Positions 1-12,130 of a stretch of DNA of 64,000 nucleotides are shown in pieces. Source of the stretch: Octopus vulgaris. Lineage: Eukaryota. Location of the stretch: positions 47,244,001 through 47,308,000 of the forward strand of contig OX597823.1 of the NCBI GenBank assembly GCA_951406725.2, given 5' to 3'. The position numbers and the translations under genes are program-made. Positions within the stretch are counted from its first letter, which is position 1; each line of letters begins with the position of its first letter. A model generated the notes under the pieces. The model was not told where the DNA came from. It searched no databases and saw only the letters and a program-made list of their open reading frames with translations.

Positions 1-583
1 TTGATATATGTATATGTATAGGAATTTAGCAGATTACGGCAAAACCAGGTTGAAGCACAATAAACCGATTAACAGAGATTAGGAAAGTCGACACGAATTT
101 AATGAGATCTATATGTGTGCTGTAGAGCAAATGAGTGCCTTCATTGTACGTAACCTACATTCATGAGTACCATGCTATTGTTACTTGGCCCCAGCTCAGC
201 CGTTAACCTTGATCAAATGGTAGTATGTTCCCAAGTACTTCTAGTCACGGCCATCACAAACACATCATATACAATATATACATAGACACAGACAGACACT
301 CACATATCACAAAACAAATGCACTCGATCTTCGTCAGTGACCAGGTTGCAGTTAGTGCGCCGAAAATTTTGACACAGTCTCTTAAATGTTTAATTGAAGC
401 TAACAGTGTTTGTGTTTTTGAATGGCTCAAATGTGTCTTCTACTCTCTAACTATTTTCGTTTTAACACAGTCTCAGATCAAATCATTTGTCTGGCAAATA
501 CATCTTGAAAATATGACATGATATAACATAATATAACATAATACAATATAATATAAAATATTTTATGATTTAATATATATTAT

Positions 584-746
584 AGGCGCAGGCGTGACTA
601 TGTGGTGCGAAGTTTCCTTTCCAACCACATGGTACCAGGTTCAGTTTCACTGCTAGGCACCTTGGGCAAGTGTCTTCAACTGTAGCCTCGGGCTGGCCAA
701 AGCCTTGTGAGTGGATTTGGCAGATCGAAACTGAAAAAAGCCCGTC

Positions 747-810
<64 letters not shown>

Positions 811-1040
811 CTGTCTGTCTGTGTATCTTTGTGTCTGTGTTTGTGCCTCACTACCGCTTCACAGCAGATATTGGTGCGTTTACCTGCCTGTAGCTCAGCG
901 GTTCGGTAATAGATACACATAGAATATGTAACAGGTTTTACAGAAGATAACTAGTACTGAGGTCGGATTCGTTTGACTAAATTTCTTCAAGGCTGTGCTC
1001 CAGCATGGCCACAGTCTCATGACTGAAACAAATAAAAGAC
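584..1040 (+). mobile_element. SINE family A (tRNA-like head, CORE-like segment, internal microsatellite, conserved 3' tail)
   Basis: Head with A-box-like TGTGTGG and B-box-like GGTTCAGT, then CACCTTGGGCAAGTGTCTT, internal (TA)n, and tail GTGCTCCAGCATGGCCRCAGTC..TGACTGAAACAA..AAAAGA. The same layout recurs many times in the window. Confidence 0.85.
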
Positions 1041-1304
1041 AAATGGTAATATGATATTAGTAAAAAGACATTAGCAATTTTGAAAGATTCTAGTTCAAGA
1101 AACAAAAGTAAAGTCATTCGATGCATTTTCACTTGCGCTACAGTTACATTCTTTTCAAAATTCAGCGGCACAGCTGAAGTAAAACTATAACTAAAAGTAT
1201 AGGAAGAAAAAATTATATTCAGATTGCACTACTTCAAGCCTAGCATCGTCTCGTAGCACACCAGTGTGCTGTAGCATACCGGTTGCGAGGCACTGATCTA
1301 AATA

Positions 1305-1868
1305 TTGGGTTGTCCGGAAAGTTCATGCCGATTTAGTAGCTTAACTTTCGACTTATTATAGAACATGGTTGAGTCCATAAGATAGGATTTGACTACACCG
1401 CCATTTAGGGAACAGTTCAAGCTATCTTTTCGTGGAAGAAGGTTTATGTTCCTATAACCTGGATTAGTTCTGTAACCCTTTAAAATGGAAGATAAGAAAG
1501 TTCATTTTCGGCACTTGATGCTTTGGGAACCAGATAAAAATTGCTGCAGCTCGGCTGGGATGTGTTTCCCCACCCTCCATATCCACCAGATATTGCTCTT
1601 TCGGATTTCCACTTATTCAGGTCTCTGCAGAATAGTCTTAATGGTAAAACTTTCAATTCCTTGGATGACGTAAAACGATACTTTGATGAATTCTTTGCCA
1701 TGAAAACACCTCATTTCTGAGAAGAGGGCATTTTCAAGTTAACGGAAAGATGGAGACACATTGTGCAACAAAATGGTTCATATTTGGTTGATTAAAAATG
1801 TAATGGCAAGTATTTATTGACCTTTTGCTTTCCTTTAAAAATCGGTACGAACTTTCCGGACGACCCAA
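1305..1868 (+). mobile_element. Internally deleted mariner transposon (non-autonomous, 564 bp)
   Basis: TIRs TTGGGTTGTCCGGAAAGTTC / GAACTTTCCGGACGACCCAA flanked by TA at 1303-1304 and 1869-1870. Transposase N-terminus MEDKKVHFRHLMLWE is fused to a C-terminal remnant with the mariner HPPY(S/P)PDIA.SDFHLFRSLQN motif. Confidence 0.93.
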
Positions 1869-2035
1869 TACTTAAGCTATTTTGTAGACATGGCCCGTGC
1901 ATAATATATCATGAAGTTCAAAGCAGCAGGAAGTGTCCACACAAGAAAGACAGCTTCATGAAGTGTGTCTATTTACTTTGAGGTGCCTCTGTGTGTGTGT
2001 GTGTGTGTATGTATGTGTGTGTGTGTGTGTGTGTA

Positions 2036-2842
2036 CAGGGTGTCCCAAAAGTCACTGACGAGTTTCAAGTTTTAATAACTACCTTAACTTTACAAATAAA
2101 TGCATGACATTTTGATACAATATAAAGGACATAATAGAAATTAATATACACAGGTCAAATTTTGTAACACCACTACATCACATATGAAAAATGACATTGC
2201 TTAAATGGCAGCCATTTTCAGCTTCTAAACTTGCACCATAACTCCCTCAAAAGTTTCGGACCCTACTTCTCTGATTTCTCTGTTGATGTCCTCCTTCAGT
2301 TGCTCCAGGGTCTCCAGTTTGTTGACGTAAACCCTCTCTTTCATGTATCCATGATTGAGACCGTTTTGCGTCCGGCCATTCAAAGTTGACCACATACATG
2401 GTTCCAGCAAGATGGGGCAACTGCTCATACTACAAGAGAAACAATGAGAATAATCTCCCGCTACAGCAATGTCAACTGGCCTTCACGTTCCCCAGACTTG
2501 ACTAGCCCGGATTTTTTTCTTGTGGGGATACTTGAAAGAGAGGGTTCATCAAACCGGAGATCCTGATGCAACTGAAGGAGAACATCAATAGAGAAATCAG
2601 AGAAATGGGATCTGAAACTCCTGAGGGTGTTATGGTGCAAGTTTTGAAGGTGCAAGGTTTGGAAAGAGCACGGGCGTGCAAACCAAAGATGGTTGCCATT
2701 TAAGCGATGTCATTTTTCATAAGTGATGTAGGGGTGTTTCAAAATGTGACCTGTGTATATTAATTTCTATTATGTCCTTTATATTGTATCAAAATTTCAT
2801 GCATTTATTTGTAAAGTTTAGGAAGTTATTAAAAATTAAAAC
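2036..2842. mobile_element. Tc1/mariner-superfamily fold-back relic made of two inverted transposon 3' ends
   Basis: Begins TA|CAGGGTGTCCCAAAA. The + strand reads WFQQDGATAHT...WPSRSPDLTSPDFF.WGYLKERV. The - strand of the left arm reads GYMKERVYVNKLETLEQLKEDINREIRE. Arms of about 2060-2350 and 2525-2842 are reverse complements. Confidence 0.88.
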
Positions 2843-2939
2843 CCACCAGATATATATATATATACACAAACACATACACACATACACACGTGTGTTTGCC
2901 TACAGACGTGTGGTAGTGCGGCGCTGGCATGACTGTATC

Positions 2940-2997
<58 letters not shown>

Positions 2998-3248
2998 GTA
3001 ATATAATGTATGACAATGAGGGTTTGTGCGTGCACACAGGTGTGCATGAGTTTGTATTGCATAAAGTGCAAAAGATGTTTTATTATTGCTGAAGCGTGGA
3101 TTGCAGATATGTGGTGGTGTTGGTGGTGGAGCATATAGATGGATGAGGCGAGGCAAATGGTGATTTATTATAAAAGTGTATATTAATAATATGGAAGAGG
3201 GATAAATGGCTTGTTGTGTGTTCTTGTGTGGCAGAATCGTTTATTCAG

Positions 3249-3815
3249 AAGGCGGTGAGCTGGCAGAAACGTTAGCACGCCGGGCGAAATGCTTAGTGGT
3301 ATTTTGTTCTGAGTTCAAATTCCACCGAGGTCGACTTTGCCTTTCATCCTTTAGGGGTCGATAAATTAAGTACCAGTTACGCACTGGGGGTCGATGTATT
3401 CGACTTAATCCCACTGTCTGTCCTTTTTTGTCCCCTATATGTTTAGTCCCTTGTAGGCAATAAAGAAATAAGAATCGTTTATGTTCTGAATTCAAATTCC
3501 GCCGAGATCGACTGTACCTTTTATCATTTCGGGTTCGATAAAGTATGTACCAGTTGAACACTGAGGTCAGTATAATCAACCTAACCCCTTCCCCCGAAAT
3601 TGCTTGCCTTCTGCCAAAATTTGAAGCCAGTATTTCATTTTATTAAGGCGGGCAGAATGCTTAGTGGTATTTCGTCCGTCTTTACGTTCTGAGTTCAAAT
3701 TCTACCGAGGTCCATTTTGCCTTTCATCCTTTCGAGATCGATAAAATAAGTACCGCTTGAACACTGAGGTCGATGTAATCGACTTACCCACTTCCCGCCA
3801 AAATTTGAAACCAAT
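3249..3815 (+). mobile_element. SINE family B, three head-to-tail units
   Basis: AAGGCGGYGAGCTGGCAGAAACGTTAGC head, B-box GAGTTCAAATTC, and central GGTCGACTTTGCCTTTCATCCTTTCGGGGTCGATAAATTAAGTACCAG-like domain present three times. Confidence 0.85.
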
Positions 3816-4624
3816 ATAAATATAAATATAAATGTTGTTTCATTGCAAAATAGTGAACTGAAATAGCTTTGACTGACTGAAATTATCCCGGTAAGTTGTA
3901 GTTCCTACTGGAGACTTTAACGCTTAAAACCAACAACCAAGAGAGATAACTCCAATAAGATCAATTGATTACAATATTTTTGATTTTAAAAACAAAGCGG
4001 GGTGAAGTAGTTCTTGTTTTTAAAGCCGACTGGTAAAAGCAACGGACATGTTTCGATATTATAAAAGCCCTTCAGGAAAAAATACTTTGGAATAATTGTG
4101 ATCAATAGGGTGGTTTATTAACATATAGATGTGCCTGTATGTGTCTGCATGTATGTTTGTTTGTGTGTGTGTGAGTGTATGTGTAAGTGTAATATAACCG
4201 ATCATTTCTTGAATAACGAAGTCTATTTAGGTAGATGTGTATTTGCGTGTGTCTGTATATGTGAATGTGTGTATGTGAATCTGTCTATGTGTGTATAAGT
4301 CTCTGTCTGTGTGAGTGTGAGTCCCTGTCTGGTGAGTGTATATGTTTGTGTGTGTGTGCACGGGTGAGTACATGTATTCGTGTTGTACATATGTGTGTAT
4401 ATGTGTATGTGTCTGTAATATGTGTCTCTTTCTTTGTATGTTTGTAAATGTATATCTGTGTGTGAGCATAAAAGTGTCTTTTTTCCGTGTTTGTGTGAAT
4501 GTGTGAAAATATATGTTTGTCTGTGAGTATGTGTGAGTGCATGTGTGTGTGTTTGTGTTTGTGTATGCAAGTGTACACGTGTGTGAACATATATGAGGTA
4601 TATGTGCTTGTGCAAGTGTGTGTA

Positions 4625-4672
<48 letters not shown>

Positions 4673-4755
4673 TGTGTCTGTGTGTGTGTGTTTGTTAGGT
4701 ATTTCAAAAAGGTTAATGACTAGAGTAGCGACTTCACCTTTGAATTCTTGAACTT

Positions 4756-4862
4756 TAACAACAGCAACAACAACAACAACAACAACAATACCACCACCAC
4801 CAACAACAACAACAACAACAACTACAAACATACCAAGAGCAGCAGAAACAACAACAACAACT
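4756..4862. repeat. (CAA)n/(CAC)n trinucleotide microsatellite
   Basis: Direct reading of the sequence. Confidence 0.9.
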
Positions 4863-5121
4863 TTAATTATCAGAAATGGAGGAATTTGAAGAAATACACA
4901 GGTAAAACTTCATTTATAGGCTGAAGAAGAGGTAAAAAAAATAATTAATGATTCTTTGTGATGTAAGTACAAAAAGTGTGTGTGGGTATGTGTGTGAGTT
5001 TGTGTGTTTGTGTGTGTGTGTGTGCATGCGAGAGATAGAGGGAGAGAGAGAAAGACAGAGAGTGAGAGAGCTAGTGTGTACTTAAATTAATGTGTGGTTT
5101 TATGTCTCTGTGAGTGTGCGC

Positions 5122-5158
<37 letters not shown>

Positions 5159-5904
5159 CGATTGTGAATAATTGTATGTGAATGTTAGCGTGTATGTAAG
5201 TGCGTTTACTTGTGTGTGTGTGTGTGTGTTTGTGTTTGTGTGTGAGTATAAATGTGTGAGATGTTAAATGAGTGCAATTGAGAAGGTGTGTGTGTGTGTG
5301 GAAGGAGGCGGGGGTGTATTATGCATTAATTAATGTGTATATATGCGCGAGAGTGAGTGTGTAAGTATATATATATATATGTTGAAGTGCTTGTGTGTAT
5401 GGGTGTCATTGCATGTGCTTAATCGTATGGCTGTCTTTCCGTGTGATTGTATGTCTGTAAGTACGGTATGTATGTATGTATAGGTAGGTAGGTAGGTAGG
5501 TAGGTGGGTAGGTATGCATGTATGTATGCATGCATGTATGTATGTATATGTAGGTAGGTATGCATGTACAAACATATGCATGTATGTGTGAATATATCTA
5601 TGTTTGAACCTATGTATGTATGCATGTATGAATATATGTATGTATGTTTGTATGCATGCATATATGCATGTTTGTGTGTGTATATGTATACGTATTATGT
5701 ATGCATATTATGTATGTATGTATATATGTATGTATACCAGTATGTATGTGTGCATGTATGTATGCCTGCGTGTATATATGCACCAATGTATGCATATATG
5801 TATATATATGTATTATTGTGAGCGTGTGTGTGTGTGTGACTAGACCTGTTTTAATAGATGCGAACGTGTCTGCAAGTTTCACTGTATGTGCGTGTGTGTG
5901 TGTA

Positions 5905-5966
<62 letters not shown>

Positions 5967-6298
5967 CTCAGTCTGGGAAAGTGGCTGCGAAAGGAATGAA
6001 GTATATCGACAAATGCTGGTTCTATTTTTCTACAGATACGTGACAAAAAAGAACAAAAACGATTTTAAAAACTAATAAAGTCTTTTTTATTTTTTTTTAT
6101 TTTGCTACTGTCTCATTTTCTTTTTTTTTCTTTTTTTTTTCCTTACTTCAGCTATTCTCTGGCTTTTCATTTCTTCATGCCTTTTTGCTGTTTTCTTTTG
6201 TGAAATACATATATTGAGTCAGCGAGGCAATATTAATCTTTGTAGGCAGAGTAATATGTAATGAAGACGATACACATATAAAGAATATATATAGGGTG

Positions 6299-6351
<53 letters not shown>

Positions 6352-6364
6352 GTATGTATGTATG

Positions 6365-6404
<40 letters not shown>

Positions 6405-6549
6405 TACATACATACATACACAATGACACACGTATTTATTTATTTATATATACATATATATATGTACGTGAGTATATGCATATATGCATTCATACCTACG
6501 CATAAACACGGATATACATACACACACACACACACCTATACACGTGTGA

Positions 6550-6580
<31 letters not shown>

Positions 6581-6838
6581 CATACATACACACACGTATA
6601 TATTTGTGCCACACACATACACATATAGGTATATACACACGCGAAAACTCGTACACATTCATAAACATACTTTTGGTGTGTATAGGCGTGTACATATATA
6701 TGCGTAAGTATATATGGTCCTATGTATATATATATACACACACACACACACATACATATATATATACACATACGTAAATATATACACGCATACATATATA
6801 TATATATATATATATCCCCCCCACACACACATATATAT

Positions 6839-6870
<32 letters not shown>

Positions 6871-6877
<7 letters not shown>

Positions 6878-7025
6878 GTAAGTAGCTCGCTTCCCAACTG
6901 CATGGTTCCGTGCTCAGTCCCACTGCATGGTACCTTCGACAAGTTTCTTCTAATATAGCCTCGAGTCGACCAAAGCCTTGTGAGTGGATTTGGTAGACGG
7001 AAACTGAAAGACCGTCTTATGTATA

Positions 7026-7087
<62 letters not shown>

Positions 7088-7286
7088 TGTGTGTCCGTGT
7101 TTGTCGCCTCAGTATCGCTTGACAACCGATGTTGATGCGTTTACGTCCCCGTAAACTAGCAGTTCGGCAAAAGAGACCGATAGAATAAGTAATAGGTTTA
7201 CAAAGAATAAGTCCTGAGCTCGATTTACTCGACCAAAGTCGGTTCTCCAGCATGGCCGCAGTCAAATGACTGAAACAAGTAAAAGA

Positions 7287-7288
<2 letters not shown>
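6871..7288 (+). mobile_element. SINE family A copy
   Basis: Matches family A head, internal (TG)n and tail. Confidence 0.85.
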
Positions 7289-7323
<35 letters not shown>

Positions 7324-7328
7324 TATGT

Positions 7329-7365
<37 letters not shown>

Positions 7366-7414
7366 GAGACAGACTGAGAGATTGACAGACAGAGATGTAC
7401 ATAGTACAAATATA

Positions 7415-7599
7415 CGAGGAAGTGCTGAAAGGTTCCAGTCCTTGGGCAAAAGAAAATTCAGGAGTATTAGTTAATTATGATATTATTCCCCTCCCAAATT
7501 CACACGCTTTTCCAAGCCCTGTAAAAGAACTCAGAATGTTGGACTCCAGCTAGGCCTTTCGTGATAACCTTAATACCAAGAAGTTTTCAACACCCCACG
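7415..7599. mobile_element. Short mariner-type MITE (family E, about 185-220 bp)
   Basis: TA-flanked degenerate TIRs CGAGG..GTGCTGAAA.GTTCC / AAGTTTTCAACACCCCACG. Related copies at about 30460, 31447, 54573 and 60913. Confidence 0.8.
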
Positions 7600-7616
7600 T
7601 ATACACACGCACACAT

Positions 7617-7655
<39 letters not shown>

Positions 7656-8742
7656 TACGCATGCACAGGCGAGCACACACACACACACACACACACACGT
7701 ACATGGGCGCTCGCACACTCATAAAAATCGTTAATCTTTTGCTTGTTTAAGTCATTGGACTGCGGCCATGTAGGTGCATATAGCCTTGAAGTGTTTAGTT
7801 GGACAGATTGACACCAGTATTTTTCTTTCTTTCTGTTTTTTTTGTTAAGCCTGGTACTAATTCTATTGGTCACTCATTGCTGACCGATAGAATAAGTACT
7901 AGATTGCCAAAGAATAGGTCCTGGGGTCGATTTGCTCGACTGAAGGTGGTACTCCAGCATGGCCGCAGTCAAATGACAGAAACAAGTAAAAAAGAATATA
8001 TATATATATATATATATATATAGATATATATATATATATATATATATATAGGCGTGGCTTTGTGGAAACAAGCTTGCTACCTGACAACATAGTTTCTTGT
8101 AAATAGGTTTGATTGACAGAAACTGAAAGAAGCTTGTCCTATATGTACGCGCGTGTGTGTGTGTACATATGTATATGTATGTGCTTGACTTCCTACCACC
8201 GCTTTTCAGCTGGTGTTTGTTTACGCCTTCGTAACTTAGTGGCTATATTTTAAGATCAGGAGCCATTAGAGCCACAGCGTGTGTGTTTTGAAATATGCAG
8301 GGCAGCGAGCTGGACAAAATGCGAAGCAGCCTCTCTCCCGTCTTCACGTTCTGAGTTCAAATTCCTCCGAGATCGACTTTGCCTTTCATCCTTTTGATGT
8401 CGATGAAGCAATTACCAGTTGAGCACTGCGGTCGATGTAACTGTCTGGCCGACTTCCCACAAATTCCAGTTCTCGTACCTATGGGAGGGAGAGAAATTTA
8501 GCATGCAATACAAATTCTTTTAGTCCTTTACCGTTTATTGAATTCCATCCAGCTTTGACTAAAACCTCCGAAAGCCTTGAAGAAGCCTTCAAGGTTTTTA
8601 GTCCAAGAATATCGATCCTAGTTGCTACTTTAAGTTTGTACTTATTTTACCGAGTTTATTTGCCGAACTGCTGTGTTACGGTACATCAACATTACTGGTT
8701 TTAAGTGGCGTAAATGTCGACACACACAAAAACACACGCACG

Positions 8743-8815
<73 letters not shown>

Positions 8816-9107
8816 ACATACACACACATATAGGGAGAGAGAAAGAGAGAAAGAGTTCAAATTTATAGAAAACAAAAGACGAAGACGGGCGAAAGAACAA
8901 GAAGCAGGTATATTAGGTCTTCGACGTTTCGAGCATGCGCTCTTCGGCAGAAAGGATTAAGAGGTGAAAAAAAGGGGGACATAACGAATAAAGAAAAAAA
9001 AACAGGGAAAGAAAAAAAGGTTTAGGGATTAACGGTTCAACTTGAAAAAATGGCCATAACAAAGAGCTGAACGAATGGAAGATAATATTAACGGTAACCT
9101 GGACGTG

Positions 9108-9800
9108 ACGCAGGCGTGACTGTGTGGTAAGAAGCTTGCTTCCCAACCACATGGTTCCAGGTTCAGTCCCACTACGTGGCAACTTAGGCAAGTGTCCAAA
9201 GTCTTATGAGTAGATTTGTTTGGCGAAATACATATATATATAAATACTATGTGTGTGTGGTGTGTGTGGAGATGCAATGGCTCTGGTAAATGCGGCGGAC
9301 TCGCGGTTTCTATTCCCAGACAGGGCGTTGCAGTGTTTATTGAGCAAAAATACCTAAAGCTCCAGCAGGCGGTGGTGGCGAACATTGCTGTACCCTTTCG
9401 CTACAACCGTCTCTCGCTCCTTCTTCCAGTTACTGTTCAAAGGTCCAATCTTTTCACACTCTGTGTTACGCTGAATGTCACCGAGAACTACGTTAAGGGT
9501 ACACGTGTCTGTGGAGTGCTCAGCCACTTGCACGTTAATTTCACAAGCAGGCTGTTCCGTTGGTCGGATCAACTAGGACCCTCGCACATATTTAATGTAT
9601 GTGTGTCTTTGTGTCTGTGTTTGTCCCCTCATTACCGCTTGACAACTGATGTCGGTGTGTTTACGCCCCAATAACTCACTGGAGACCGATAGAATAAGTA
9701 CTAGGCCAACAAAGAATAAGTCCTGGAGTCGATTTCTTCCACTAAAACCTTTGAAGGCGGTGCTCCAGCATGGCTACAGTCAAATGACTGATACAAGAAC
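9108..9800 (+). mobile_element. SINE family A copy with a family C SINE (about 9270-9585) nested in its internal microsatellite
   Basis: A 5' half at 9108-9235, then family C sequence (...GAGAACTACGTTAAGGGTACACGTGTCTGTGGAGTGCTCAGCCACTTGCACGTTAATTTCAC...), then A 3' half resuming at about 9597. Confidence 0.8.
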
Positions 9801-10031
9801 AGAAAGGAAAAACAGAAAGAATACATACATACATGTATCCATACGTACTTACATATATACATATACATACATACATACATACATACACACATCCATACAT
9901 ATATATGTGTGTGTGTATGTGTGTATGTAATAAAGGATAAAAATCTTTAAAAATTTTATCAGTGGCCAGCATATAAAAATGGATCTATTAAGGTGAAATC
10001 ATATGTATAATTATGATTAAGGACACAGAAA

Positions 10032-10445
10032 AAATCTAGCCCAGATGCTGAAAAGAGACGCTAAATTGTCCAACCACTTTAAATCACCACAAAATTACAA
10101 ACGTGATGAAATCGAGGGAGTAAGCAAGCGTAAATTCATAAAAATACAGTTAGCTCTGGATTGATCAATTTGATGTGGGTGTATTTGTGGTATTTATATA
10201 TATAATCATGGCTTTGCGTTTGCTTTCCTATGGGTATGTATAAATATCTCATGTATTTCACCAAGTATGCTCTGCTGACGAGGAAAAGCCATTAGGCTAA
10301 TCTAGAAATTGATCAATCCAGAGCTAATTGTATTTTTATGAATTTCCGTATGCTTATTCCCTCGATTTCAACACGTGTGTAATTTTGTGACAATTTAAAC
10401 TGGTTGGACAATTTAGCATCTATTTTCAGCAGATAAGCTAGATTT
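10032..10445. repeat. Inverted repeat with 140-bp arms (10032-10171 / 10306-10445), probable Penelope-like element relic
   Basis: The arms are clear reverse complements with scattered mismatches. The hammerhead motif overlaps the inner end of the right arm. Confidence 0.8.
10269..10324 (+). ncRNA. Minimal type I hammerhead ribozyme motif
   Basis: Stem I GCTCTG/CAGAGC (6 bp), core CTGACGA at 10275-10281, stem II containing AGCC-atta-GGCT, GAAA at 10305-10308, palindromic stem III ATTGATCAAT, and cleavage triplet AUC ending at 10318. The base of stem II is imperfect. Confidence 0.7.
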
Positions 10446-10450
10446 AAATT

Positions 10451-10610
10451 GGTACTCCGTCGGTTACGACGATGAGGGTTCCAGTTGATCCGACCAACGG
10501 AACAGGCTGCTCGTGAAATTAACGTGCAAGTGGCTGAGCACTCCACAGACACGTGTACCCTTAACATAGTTCTCAGGGAGATTCAGCGGGACACAGAGTG
10601 TTACAAGGAT
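10451..10610 (-). mobile_element. SINE family C, 3' fragment
   Basis: Reverse complement of the 9450-9585 family C segment. Confidence 0.8.
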
Positions 10611-10951
10611 ACAAAATTAAAATGGATCCGGTCGTGAGTGTCCAGTTTGGGAGTTCTGGATTTGTGGGAAGCATGGAGTCACCACTTAATTACCGTTACT
10701 CCTAGGTCCTTTCTGACCCGGAACGGTAGTACCTGTTAAGATACCACTCTGTCGGTTAAATAGGTTTTTGTGAGGGTAGATTGAGCTCCTTAGCTGCAAT
10801 AAATGCAGTTCTTCCAACATGTCCTAAGTCAATACAGAAGAGTATGGCTGATGAAGCTAACATGGGATATGTCCAATTACACAGGTTCATACTATGGAAA
10901 GAGCTATCTCATGTTAGTGCGCATTCTGCAGCAGGCAGAGACAGCGGGGAA

Positions 10952-11032
10952 ATGATGATGACGATCATGAGGATAATGATGATGATGATGATGATGATGA
11001 TGACGATGACGATCATGATGATGATGATGATG

Positions 11033-11070
<38 letters not shown>

Positions 11071-11071
11071 A
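10952..11071. repeat. (GAT)n microsatellite
   Basis: Direct reading. It is the source of the poly-Met and poly-His pseudo-ORFs. Confidence 0.95.
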
Positions 11072-11255
11072 TAAAGTCAAGAGGTTTGAGAATTGACTAT
11101 GTATTTGTTTAACCAAATGATTTCCATTGGGTTACAGCAGTTTCGCTACATTTTGTAACTGATCACTACGAGAACTGATAGCCAGTTCTGTAAGAGGAGC
11201 TTACTGTAATTGCCGCATGATTTTCTGAATCCATAGCTGATATCACTAGTATATA

Positions 11256-11286
<31 letters not shown>

Positions 11287-11288
11287 CA

Positions 11289-11339
<51 letters not shown>

Positions 11340-11746
11340 AAGAGTGATACAGAGAGACAAACACACGGACTGACAGAGAGGCACAGAAAGAGAGAGAGAG
11401 AGAGAGAGAGTAATTTGTGTGTGTAGACAAATCTGAGTATATTCTGTATAAATGTATATAGGGTTTAAAAACAAGTCGTGTCCTCTTGAAGCACGTCTAC
11501 TTATTTCAGAATAACGGAAACTGAAAGACGTTATATAGATGTTATATTTGTGTGAGGCATGTATAAGAGTTGAAAATTCTGGGAAATGTTTTTTGCAAAG
11601 TATTATGTATCAAAATAGGAGGTTCAGAAATATTTTGTTATTATTTATCCACCTTCACACGCGTTTCATTTGCTAATAGGAGTCACAAAGTTGTACATGT
11701 AGGAGGAACATGTAAGATATTTCCTATTATATTATATGTAAAATAT

Positions 11747-12130
11747 AAGGCGGCGAGCTGGCAGAAACGTTAGTGCGCCGGGCGAAATGCTTAGCGGTAT
11801 TTCGTCTGTCGCTACGTTCTGAGTTCAAATTCCGCTGAGGTCGACTTTGCCTTTCATCCTTTCGGGGTCAATTGAATAAGTACCAGTTACGCACTGGGGT
11901 CGATATAATCGACTTAATCCCTTTGTCTGTCCTTGTTTGTCCTCTCTGTGTTTAGCCCCTTGTGGGTAGTAAAGAAATAGGTATTTCGTCTGGCTTCATG
12001 TTCTGAGTTCAAATTCCGCCGAGGTCGACTTTGCCTTTCATCCATTTGGGGTCGATTAAAAAAAGTACCAGTTTCGCTCTAGGGTCGATGTCCCCTTTAT
12101 GTTTAGCCCCTTGTGGGCAGTAAAGAAATA
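11747..12130 (+). mobile_element. SINE family B dimer with 19-bp target-site duplication
   Basis: A full monomer plus a 5'-truncated second monomer from about 11980. TATATTATATGTAAAATAT occurs at 11728-11746 and 12131-12149. Confidence 0.9.

Noticed and set aside
4040-4078. Minus-strand CTGAAGG...CGAAACATGTC hammerhead-like string
   Set aside because: The core has a mismatch and neither stem I nor stem II pairs.
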